Shown here one piece after another: positions 37,474-48,400 of a DNA stretch of 64,000 nucleotides. Origin of the DNA: an uncultured Gemmataceae bacterium (GTDB lineage Bacteria; Planctomycetota; Planctomycetia; Gemmatales; Gemmataceae); assembly GCA_963750165.1 (NCBI GenBank), contig CAVVPN010000004.1, forward strand, positions 608,001 to 672,000, in the 5' to 3' direction. Position 1 is the stretch's first letter, and every line of letters begins with the position of its first letter. Made by a program: the position numbers and the translations under genes. The notes below the pieces were generated by a model, which saw only the letters and a program-made list of their open reading frames with translations, was not told the DNA's origin and ran no database searches.

Positions 37474-38817
37474 TTACACCAACTCGCGCATCACCGGGCG
37501 GTCCACCAGGTGCTGCGGCCGCCCGGTCGGGTCGTTGATGGTGGTCGTCGCCGTGTCGATGCCCAGGTTGTGATACAGCGTCGCGAAGATTTCGCCGAAC
37601 GTCACCGGCCGCTGACTGGCGAACTCGCCCAGGCGGTTGGTGGCGCCGATGACCTGGCCCGTCCGCATACCGCCGCCGGCCAGCCACGCGGCGCTGACCT
37701 GCGGCCAGTGGTCGCGGCCAGCGTTGTTGTTGATGCGCGGCGTCCGGCCGAACTCGCCCCAGCAAACAACTGTCACGTCGTTCAACATGCCGCGCAACTC
37801 CAGGTCCTCGATCAGGGCGCTGAGGCACTGGTCGAGCTTGCCGCCGTGGTCGCGCACCAGGTTGAAGTTCTGGCCGTGGCTGTCCCAGCGGCCGTACGAT
37901 AGCGTCACGCAGCGGGCGCCCGCCTCGACCAGCCGGCGAGCCATCAGCAGGTGTTCGTTGACCGTCGGAGCACCGTCGAACTGGAACTGGTAGGGCCGGC
38001 CGTCGCCGTAGCGCTCGCGGACGCGCTGCGGTTCGCGCGACAGGTCCATCGCCTCCAGCAGCTTGCTCGAGGTCAAGACGCCCAGCGCCCGCTCGGTGGC
38101 GGCGTCGTGGGCAGCGGCGTTGCCGGTTGTGTCGATCTCGCGGCGCATGGAATCGAAGGCGCCCAGCAGCCGGCGGCGGTCCTGCAGCGTGGCGTGCGTG
38201 ACGCCGTTGAGCCGCAGGTTGGCCATGCCGTTGCCCTCCGGCTTGAACGGCGCGTAGGCCATGCCCAGGAAGCCGGGTCGGCCGGAGTCGGCCCACGGCA
38301 TGTGCCCCGTCGGCGCGGCCAGGCCAATCGACGGCGGCACTGACGGATCAACCGGGCCGCGCAGCCGGGTGACGGCGGCGCCCAGGCTGGGCCGGCCGCC
38401 CAGGTTGGCCAGCGATGCGTTCGGCCAGCCGCTCAGGCACTGGAAGGCGTCGTGGCCGCCGGTGGCGCCCACGACTGAACGGATGATAACGGCCTTGTCC
38501 ATGAGCCGGGCCAGGCGCGGGAACACCTCGCAGACCTGGATGCCGGGCACGTTGGTGTTGATCGGCCGGAATTCGCCGCGAATCTCGCGTGGCGCGTCCA
38601 TCTTGAGGTCCCACATATCCTGGTGTGGTGGACCGCCGCCGAGGAAGATGTTGATGACGGCCTTGTGCGGCGACGACGTGTTGGCGCGGGCTTCCGCGCG
38701 GAAGATGTCGGCCAACGTCAGCGTGGCGGCGCCGAAGCCGAAGGCGCCGATCTTGAGGAAACTGCGGCGGGAGACGCCGTCACAGTAGCGGCTCTTCTGG
38801 CCCAGGATCGTCAGCAT
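37474..38817 (-). CDS. DUF1501 domain protein (Tat-type signal)
   Basis: CDGVSRRSFL, GGPPHQDMWDLK, MARRLVEAG, WDSH, WGEFGRTP and GRDHWP. Confidence 0.95.
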   Translation of the reverse strand: MLTILGQKSRYCDGVSRRSFLKIGAFGFGAATLTLADIFRAEARANTSSPHKAVINIFLGGGPPHQDMWDLKMDAPREIRGEFRPINTNVPGIQVCEVFPRLARLMDKAVIIRSVVGATGGHDAFQCLSGWPNASLANLGGRPSLGAAVTRLRGPVDPSVPPSIGLAAPTGHMPWADSGRPGFLGMAYAPFKPEGNGMANLRLNGVTHATLQDRRRLLGAFDSMRREIDTTGNAAAHDAATERALGVLTSSKLLEAMDLSREPQRVRERYGDGRPYQFQFDGAPTVNEHLLMARRLVEAGARCVTLSYGRWDSHGQNFNLVRDHGGKLDQCLSALIEDLELRGMLNDVTVVCWGEFGRTPRINNNAGRDHWPQVSAAWLAGGGMRTGQVIGATNRLGEFASQRPVTFGEIFATLYHNLGIDTATTTINDPTGRPQHLVDRPVMRELV

Positions 38818-39083
38818 GGCGGGAAGCCCTTTCCAGCAGGGGGCAAGGTGGGTGTGGCGTGGTCGGTTCTGGCCGCGCGCCGCGGCCGTGGGTTGGAGGG
38901 CGAGCCCGACACCGGCGCCTCGATTCTTTTCTCACCGTAAGGCGCATTACCCGACGTGTCAAGCGCATACTGGGCCGCTTTTCGCCGCTGGGGGTGCCCG
39001 TGGGTTTAGGGCGGTTCGCACGCGGATCGCGCCCGCGGTGGGACGGCGGGCACAGCTTGACCGGCAGGGGCCTGCGCTGTCGC

Positions 39084-39134
39084 AGCAAGGGGGCCAAGGG
39101 GGCCAAGGGGGCCAACTTTTTCACACGTCGAGAT
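39084..39134 (+). repeat. 51-bp dispersed repeat, copy 2
   Basis: agcaagggggccaagggggccaagggggccaactttttcacacgtcgagat. Confidence 0.9.
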
Positions 39135-39193
39135 TTGGCGCCCTGGCCGCGTGCGGCTGGCACGGCGCGACCACCACCGGCGGCGGTTGCCAC

Positions 39194-39244
39194 AGCAAGG
39201 ACGCCAAGAACGCCAAGAACGCCAACTTTTTCATACGTCGAGAT
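39194..39244 (+). repeat. 51-bp dispersed repeat, copy 3 (variant 9-mers)
   Basis: agcaaggacgccaagaacgccaagaacgccaactttttcatacgtcgagat. Confidence 0.88.
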
Positions 39245-39454
39245 GCGGCGCCCTTGCTGCACCGGCCTGCCGTTTGTGGGCCACGCGACTGCGAACCGCG
39301 CGAGGGCGCGTGGCGGCTGGGTGTAGCTCAGGGACCAGTCATCGGCGGCGCTGGGGGAGTCACCTGGCCACCTGGCCACACGGCGCGCCCCCCATCTCAC
39401 CACAGGTGACAACCAACGGCAACGCCTGGCGCACAACGCCGCGCTGCCGCGGGC

Positions 39455-42400
39455 TCACCCGTTCGTGTAGAACTCGCCCGACGACTCCAGGCCGAACCGG
39501 ATCGTTTGCAGGTTCAGCGACGAGGTCGCCCAGCCGGACACTTCGGCCGTACCCCCCTGGCGGTGCAGCAACCGGATGTAGTCCGCGGAGACCTGGTCGG
39601 TACGGTACTCCTGCCCGTCCACGAAGGCTGTGGCCAGCCCCGCCCGGCCGAGGCTCGTCACATCCGGTAGCACGTTGTTCACCTCCGCAGTGCTCGGAGT
39701 CCGGTTCAGCAGCAACTGATACAGGGCCTTGACGTAGTTGGTGTTCGCGTTCGTGCCGCCGATCAGCGCGTTGGCGTGGCTGGCGAACTCAGCCGTGGCG
39801 AAGATCTGCGACAGCACCTGGTCCTCGGTCTGACCGGCGGCCAGCAGGTTCACCCAGGTTTGCTCCTCGCCGTTCTGCGCCTGGCGGCCCAGGTAGGTGA
39901 CATACCAACCGTCCACCAGATGCGTCCGGGCCTCGGTGGTGTGCTCGACCGCGGTGACGACGTTCAACAGCTGGTTCGTGCTGGGGTTCGTGGGCAGGGT
40001 GTTCGCCCAGGCGTTGAGTTCGCTGACCGTGCCCAGGCGGCCCAGCACGTCGAAGTACAGGGACTGGATGTAACGTTGGTTGGCGTTCAACGTCGTCGGC
40101 GGGAAGTTGAGCTTCTCGATGTTGGTGAACGCCACCGTGGTGCCGCCGGCACTGACGCTGCTGGGGCCGAAGCTGACGGGGTTGCCCTGGGCGTCGAAGG
40201 TGAGCGTGTCAGCGATCACCTGCGGCCCGCCATTGACGTTCACGGTCGTCACAGGCGACGGCACCACGCTGAAGGTGTTGTTGCTGGGGCCGCCTGTCAG
40301 GTTGACCGTGCCGATCCGCGTCAGGTTGAGCTGCATGCCGTCGGTGGTGCTCAACACCCCGGTACTCGATAGCGTGAAGGTCGTCACGTCCTTGGTGGCC
40401 GCCAGCGTGTCGTTGGCCGTGCCGGTGATGATACCCGTGCCGGTCCAGCCATCGACGGTGAAGGTGTTGCCGCCCTGCGTGTCCGTCAAGTTCGCGGTCT
40501 TGACGTTGGTCAGCGTCAGGGACATCTTGCTGCTGCTCAGGTTCGTGTTGCTGAGCGTGAAGCCGCCGGCCTTGCTGGCGATCACCGTGTCGGCCATCGT
40601 GCCGCTGTCGGTCAGGCTGCCGGTGCCGGTCCAGCCGCTGACCGTGAAGGTCCAGCTGCCCTGCGTGTCGGTCAGGGTGGCGGTCTTGACGTTGGTCAGT
40701 GTCAGGGACATCGTGCCGCTGCTCAGGTTCGTATCGCTCAGGGTGAAGCCGCCGGCCTTGCTGGCGACCACCGTGTCCGCCGTCGCGGCGCTGTCGGTCA
40801 GGCTGCCCGTGCCGGTCCAGCCGCCTACCGTGAAGGTGTTACCGCCCTGCGTGTCCGTCAAGTTCGCGGTCTTGACGTTGGTCAGCGTCAGGGACATCTT
40901 GCCGCTGCTCAGGTTCGTGTTGCTCAGGGTGAAGCCGCCGGCCTTGCTGGCGATCACCGTGTCGGCCGTCGCGGCGGTGTCGGTCAGGCTGCCGCCGCTC
41001 GTCCAGCCGCTGACGGTGAAGGTGTGTCCGCCGGCGGTCTCGGTCAGGTTGGCGGTGCCGATGCCGCTGAGGGCCAGGGTGAGGCCGGAGGTGTTGGTCA
41101 GGTTGGTGTTGGTCAGCGTGTAGTCACCGCCCGAACTCACGGTCACAGTGTCGGGCGTCGCGCCGGTGTTGCTCAGGCTGCCGCCGCCGGTCCAGCCGGT
41201 GACGGTAAAGGTGTTGCCGCCCTTCGTGTCGGTCAGGTTCGCCGTCTTGACGTTGGTCAGCGTCAGGGACATCGTGCCGCTGCTCAGGCTGGCGTTGGTC
41301 AGCGTGAAGCCACCGGCCTTGCTGGCGATCACCGTGTCCGCCGTCGCAGCGGTGTCGGTCAGGCTGCCGCCGCCGGTCCAGCTGCTGACGGTGAAGGTGT
41401 GGCCGCCGGCGGTCTCGGTGAGGTTGGCGGTGCCGACGCCGCTCAGCGTCAAATTGAGGCCGGTGGTGCTGGTCAGGCTGGTGTTGGTTAACGTGTAATC
41501 ACCGCCCGAACTCATGGTCACGGTGTCGGACGTTGCGCCAGTGTTACTCAGACTGCCAGTGTTGGTCCAACCGCTGACGGTGAAGGTGTTGCCGCCCTGC
41601 GTGTCGGTCAGGTTCGCCGTCTTGACGTTGGTCAGGGTCAGGGACATCGTGCCGCTGCTCAGGTTGGTGTTGCTCAGGGTGAAGCCACCCGCCTTGTTGG
41701 CGACCACCTTGTCCGCCGTCGCGGCAGTGTCGGTCAGACTGCCGACACCCGTCCAGCCACTGACGGTGAAGGTGTGGCTGCCGGCGGTCTCGGTGAGGTT
41801 GGCGGTGCTGATGCCGCTCAGCGCCAGATTGAGGCCGGTGGTGCTGGTCAGGTTGGTGTTGGTTAACGTGTAATCACCGCCCGAACTCATGGTCACGGTG
41901 TCGGGCGTTGCGCCAGTGTTACTCAGACTGCCAGTGTTGGTCCAGCCGGTGACGGTGAAGGTGTTGCCGCCCGCCGTGTCGGTCAGGTTGGCCGTCTTGA
42001 CGTTGGTCAATGTCAGCGACATCGTGCCGCTGCTCAGGCTGGCGTTGGTTAGCGTGAAGCCGCCCGCCGAGCTCGCGGCCACCGTGTCGGGCATCGCGGC
42101 GGTGTCGGTCAAGCTGCCGGTGCCGGTCCAGCCGCTGACGGTGAAGGTGTGGCCGCCCTGCGTGTCGGTCAGGGTGGCGGTCTTGACGTTGCTCAGCGTC
42201 AGCGACATCGTGCCGCTACTCAGGTTCGTGTCGCTCAGCGTGAAGCCGCCCGCCTTGCTGGCGAGCACCGTATCGGCCATTGCGGCACTGTCGGTCAGAC
42301 TGCCGGTGCCGGTCCAGCCGCTGACGGTGAAGGTGTGTCCGCCAGCGGTCTCGGTCAGGTTGGCGGTGCCGATGCCGCTGAGGGTCAGGTTGAGGCCGGT

Positions 42401-45400
42401 GGTGCTGGTCAGGCTGGTGTTGGTCAGCGTGTAGTCGCCGCCCGAACTCATGGTCACCGTGTCGGGCGTCGCCCCGCTGTCGGTCAGGCTGCCGCTGCCG
42501 GTCCAGCCGCTGACGGTGAAGGTGTTGCCGCCCGCCGTGTCGGTCAGGTTCGCGGTGCTGAACGGCCCCACCAGGGTCAGCGACAGGCCGTCGGTGCTGG
42601 TCAGACTGGTGTTGGTCAGCGTGTAGCCCGCCGCCTTGCTGCTCACGAGGATGTCGGGCACAACCGGGCTGCTGGAGGCGTTGACGAGTGTGATCGCCCC
42701 CGTCCAGGTGCTCACGTCAAAGGTGTGGCCGCCCGCCGCGTCCGTGATGTTGGCCGTGCCGAAGGCGCCCACCAGCGTCAGCGACATGCCGTCTGTGCTG
42801 GTGATGCTGCCGTTGCCGAGCGTGAAGCCGGCTGGCTTGTTGGCCACGATGGTGTCCGGGACAACTGGGTTGCTGGTGGTGTTGGTCAGCTTGCCGCCGT
42901 GCGTCCAGCCGCTCACGTCGAAGGTGTTGCCGCCCGCCGTGTCGGTCAGGTTGGCCGTCGTGAACGGCCCGCTCAGTGTCACGCCCATCCCGTCCGTGCT
43001 GCTCAGGCTGGTGTTGGTCAGCGTGTAGCCCGCCGCCTTGACGGCCGTCACCTTGTCCGCCGGGTTGCTCGGCGTGTTGGCCAGGGTGCCGCCGTGCGTC
43101 CAGCCGCTCACGTCGAAGGTGTTGCCGCCCTGCGTGTCGGTCAGGTTCGCCTTGTTGAACAGGCCAACCAGTGCGAGGGTGAGTCCGTCGCTGGCGGTCA
43201 GGCTGGTGTTGCCCAGCGTGAAGCCGGCCGCCTTGACGGCCACCACGGTGTCGCCCACCTGCGGCAGGCTCGCGTTGGCCAGGGTGCCGCCGGCTGTCCA
43301 ACCGCTCACGTCGAAGGTCTGGTTGCCGGCCGTGTCCGCCAGGTTGGCGGTGGCGAATGCCCCCACCAGGGTCATCGACAGGCCGCTGCTGCTGCTCAGC
43401 TTCGTGTTGGTCAGCGTGAAGCCGGCCGCGCCCGCCGCCCGGACCGTGCTGCCGGTCACGTTGCTCGTCAGCGTGCCGGTGCCCGTCCAGAGGTCGGTGC
43501 CCGCGGCGTTGTTCAGCGTGAAGGTGTGGGCGTGCGTGGCGCCCAGCAGGTTCGCCACCGTGATGCCGCTCAGCGTCATCGACATCCCTGGCGTCTGGGC
43601 CACGCCTTCCAGCGTGGACAGGCTGCCGTTGGCCAGGAAGAAGTCGGCGTCGCGGTTCACCACCACGGTGCCGGCGACCTGGTAGCCGGTCAGGCTGCCG
43701 GTGCCGGTCCAGTGGTCGCTGCCGTTGGCGTTGTCCAGCGTGAAGGTGTGCGGATGGCTGATGACCGTCAGGTTGGCGGCGCCAACGTTGCTCAGGCCAA
43801 TGTTCAGGCCGTCCGTCGCGCTCAGGCTGCCGTTGACCAGCGTGAAGTTGGCGTCGCGCGTCGAGATGACCGTGGCGCTGGCGCCGGCGCCGGTGGCGCT
43901 CAGGGTGCCGCCGCCGGTCCACCTGTCCGGCGTCGGGGCATTGGGTGTGTCGAGCGTGATGGTGTGCGGGTTGTTGATGACCGCGAGGTTGGCGGCGCCG
44001 ATGTTACTCAGCGTCACCGCCAGGCCGTCGCTGGCGGACAGGCTGCCGTTGACCAGCGTGAAGTTGGCGTCGCGCGTCGTCACCACGGTGCCGCTGGCGC
44101 CGGTGCCGCTGGCCGCCAGGATACCGCTGCCAGTCCACTTGTCCGGCGTGGCGGCGTTTACCGTGTCGAGCGTGATGGTGTGGGCGGCGTTGATGACGGT
44201 CAGGTTGGCCGTGTTGATGGCCGACAGGGTCATGTTCAGGCCGTCGCTGGCGGACAGCTTGCCGTTGACCAGCGTGAAGTTGGCGTCGCGCGTCGAGATG
44301 ACGGTGCCGCCGCCGCTGCCGGTGATGCTGCCGGTGCCGGTCCACCTGTCCGGCGTGCTGCCCACAACCGTCTCCAGCGCGAAGTTGTGCGGGCTGACCA
44401 GCGACGCCAGGTTGGCGACGCCGAAGCCGGTCAGCGTCATCGAGGTGCCGTCGCTCAGGTTCAGGCTGCCGCTGGCCAGGGTGAAGTCGGCGTTGCGCGT
44501 GACGTTCAGCGTGCCGCTGCCGCTGGCGTTGACCAGGTGGCCGGTGCCGGTCCAGTGATCGTTGCCCGCGTCCAGCGTGAAGGTGTGAGCGGTCGTCAGG
44601 GCGGTCAGGTTGGCGACCTTGAGGTTGCCGTTGCTGTTGTTCAACGTCATGGCCATGCCATCGCTGGTGGACAGGCTGCCGCTGGCGATCGTGAAGTCAG
44701 CGTTGCGCGTGACGTTGATGGTGCCGGTGCCGCCGGTGCTGGTCAGCGTGCCGGTACCGGTCCAGTGATCGCTGCCGGCGGTGTTGTCCAGGTTGAACAC
44801 GTGGGCCGTCGTGGTCGCCGTCAGGTTGGCGATGGTGATGCCGCTCAGGGTCAGCGACAGGCCGTCGCTGGTGTTCAGGCTGCCGTTGGCCAGCGTGAAG
44901 TCGGCGTTGCGCGTCGAGTTGATGGTGCCGGCGACGCCCGAGGCGGTCAGTGCCCCGTGGCCGGTCCACTTGCCGTTCGCGTTGTCCAGGTTGAAGGCGT
45001 GGGCCGCCGTGTTGACCGTCAGGTTGGCGGTGCCGAAGCCGGCCAGGCTCATCGACAGGCCATCGCTGGCGGCCAGGCTGGTGTTGGTCAGCGTGAAGTC
45101 GGCGTTCTTGGTGGCGGCGACGGTGCCGCTGCCGACGTTGTTGCTCAGCGAACCAGTGCCCGTCCAGGTGCCGCCCGCGTTGCTCAGGTTGAACGTGTGG
45201 GCGTTGTTGATCGCCGACAGGTTGGCCACGTTGATGTTGCCGTTGGTGTTGTTCAGCGTCAGGGCCATGCCATCGGTGCTGCTCAGCGTGGTGTTGGTCA
45301 GCGTGAAGTCGGCGTCCCGGCTGGCGACCAGGGTGCCGGTGCCGCCGTTGCTGGTCAGGGTGCCGGTGCCGGTCCAGTGACTGGTGCCGTTGATGTTATC

Positions 45401-48400
45401 GAGCTTGAACGTGTGCGGCTGGCTCAGGGCGGTCAGGTTCGCCACCGTGATGCCGGCCAGGCTGGCCGAGAGGCCATCGGTCGTGTTGATGCTGCTGTTG
45501 GACAGCGTGAAGTCGGCGTTCTTGGACAAAATCAGCTTGTCCGGGTTGCCGGCGAGGCCGGCGCCGGCCAGCGCCGCGCCGTAGGTCCAGCCGCTCAGGT
45601 CGAAGTTGTTGCCGCCGCCGGTGGCCGTCAGGATGGCCATGTTGAAGCCGCCGGTGCCGGTCAGGCTCAGCGTCTTCGAGGTCGTGGCGGTGGCGATGGT
45701 CAACTGGGCCGGTGTCGTCGCGTTGGTCAGCGTGTAGCTGTTGGGGCCGACGGCCTGCACGGCGTCCGGCGTGGCCGTGGTGCCCGGCGTGGTGCCGCTG
45801 GCGTTGGTCAGCGTGCCGGTGCCGGACCAGCTGTTGAGCGCGAAGGTGTGGCCGCCGGTGGTGTCGGTCAGGTTGGCCGTGGTGATGCCGGACAGCGTGA
45901 AGGTCTGGCCGTTGTCGCTGCGGACCAGCTGAGTGTTGCTCAGCGTGAAGTTGGCCGGGCCGGAGTCCACCACGGTGCCGGCGGTGTCGGTCAGCGTGCC
46001 CAGGCTCGACCAGCCGCTCACATCGAAGGTGGTGTTGCTGCCGCTCAGCTGGGCGGCGTTGACGTTGCTCAGGGTGATGGTCGCTGCCCCCTGGCTGGTG
46101 CCGCCGCCGCTCGGCGTACCCGAACTGGTCAGACCGGAGTTGGTCAGCGTGTACTGCGTCACCGGGGCGTTGGCCACGATGGTGTTGACCACGGTGCCGG
46201 CGCCGCCGATGAACGAGATGCCGCCGCCGGTCGCCGGCAGGTTGTACGAGGTCGTCGTGTCGGTCAGCGTGGTGTTGGTCGCCGCCCCGCCCAGCACCTT
46301 GAAGAACTCCAGCTGTGCCGCCGCCAGCGACTGGATGGTCACGGTGTTGGTGGTCGGCGTGTTCGGGTTGGCGTTGTCGCCGAACAGCAGGTCCACCTCC
46401 TGATCGTTGCCGAAGAAGTCCGTGAAGGGCAGGCCGCCGATGGTGCCAGCCAGCCGGTTAAAGTGGCCGTCGGTCAGGCCGGCGCCGGTGATGGCGTTCT
46501 GGTCCGCCTGCGACAGACTGGCCAGGGCTGGGCTATCGACAGTCACCACGTCCGTGTTGCTTGGCAGTGAAATAATGACGGGCTGGGTTGCCAGCTGGTT
46601 GAAGAAGTACTGGGACATGGGTGTGGGATCCTGACTGTTCGTAAAGTTGATGGTCTGCGAGCGGCCGCCGCTGACGACCGTGATCCGGCCGCTGCTGGGG
46701 TTCGTCGCACTGGGCGAGTAAGTCACACTGCCGCCGCCGTTGATGACGAGCGCGTGGTGGCCGCTCGGGCCGCCGTTGAAGTTGATAATCGGGGTCACCA
46801 GGCCGTAGGTGTTGTCAATCGTGAGGACGTTGTCGCCGCCCAGGCCCTGCACGGTGATCGAACCGATGGCGGTGCTGACGCCGTCGAACAGCACGACACC
46901 GTTCATGCTCAGCTCCACCAGGTTGCCGCGCATCCGCACCGTCCACTGCGTCACCGCGGCCGGCGCCATGTCGGAGGAGTTGTTGTCCAGCAGCACGTTC
47001 AGCAACCCGCCCGCGGCCGTCACCTGGTTGAAGCCGGTGTAGCCCAGGGGCTGGTAGGCGGTGGAGCCGGGCACCGTCAGCGTCGCCTGGCCGGGGCCGG
47101 TGATGTGCAGCAGGTTCGCCGGCAGGTTCGACAGGTCCAGGCTCAGGATCTTCGGGACGCCGGTGGGGTTCGGCAGCGTGCTGGCGTCGATCTCGGTGAC
47201 GGTGCCGGGGCTCGGGGCCGCCACGCCCACCGGCGTGGCGCCGTAGACCGGGGCCAGCTGCACGTTCATCAGATCGACCGACTGCAATTTGGCGGTCCAG
47301 CCGATCACCTGGCCGGACGCCGACAGCAGGTTCGGCAGCAGGCGGAACAGCGTCTGTGGCGTCGGGCTGGTGATGGTCGCGGTGTGGGTGCCGCCGGCGA
47401 CGCCCTGGTCCTCGATGAGCACCACACCGCCGCCGCTGAGCACGATGTTGTACAGGTCGTTGCTGCTGCCGCCCTGGAGCAGCAGGGTGCCGAGCAGGCC
47501 GTTCGTCGGCCCCACCGGGTTGAAGGTCCGGCCGTCCACGTTGAAGGTCGCCGTGCCGCCGTTGGCCGCGTTGCCCTGGAACACGGTGGTGCTGCCGGCC
47601 AGGGTTGTCTTGATGCCGAAGGTGTCGTTGCCCGTGGCGGAGCCCACCAGCGTGATGCCGCTGCCGGTGGCCGGGTCGAAGAAGGCGCCGCCGGGAGCCG
47701 CCGTGTAGTAGATCGCCGCCGGGGCGAAGCCGGTGACCTGCTGATACACCTGGCCGGCCACCGTGGCGGTGGTTTGCAGCACGTTCGGGCTGCCGGGGCC
47801 GCCGTGGTTGTTGATGACCAGGCGGTTGCTGCTGCCGCTGCCACCGACGAGCGTCAGGGTGCCGAGGATCAGGTGCAGGTCATAGTCCCCTGTCGGCACC
47901 TTGTTGGCATCGACGGCGTTCGAGGCGACGTTGAAGGTGACGCTGCCGTTGCCGCCCCGGATCAAGGTGGTGCTGCCGGCCAGCGTGCTGCGGACGTTGA
48001 AGCTGTCGCCGCCCAGCGCCGCGCCCTTCAGCAGCACGCCGTCGTTGGTTGTGCCGTCCAGGAAGGCGCCGCCAGTGGCCGTGTAGTCGATCGGTGCCGG
48101 CGCGAAGCCGGTGATCTCCTGGACGCTCTGCGTCTGGATGACGGCGCCGCCCTGTGTCGAGTTGGCCGTGACCGTGAAGGCGGTGCCGTCCAGGTGCGTC
48201 AGGATGACCGTGTTGCCGGTGACGAAGGCGGTGAAGTTCGCGGTGCCGGCCAGTTCCGCCGCCAGGTGCTGGGCCACGTCGGCGCCGGTGTCGCCGGTCT
48301 GCACCGTGTAGGACACCGGCCCGGCCAGGGTCGTGGTGTTGGTGCCGTCCTTCAACGTCACGGTCCAGGTGTCGCCCACGACCACGGCTGCCGGGATGGT

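Noticed and set aside
39084..39244. Possible CRISPR array from the two similar 51-bp repeats
   Set aside because: Only two non-identical adjacent copies with internal 9-mer periodicity, no spacer series and no cas genes.
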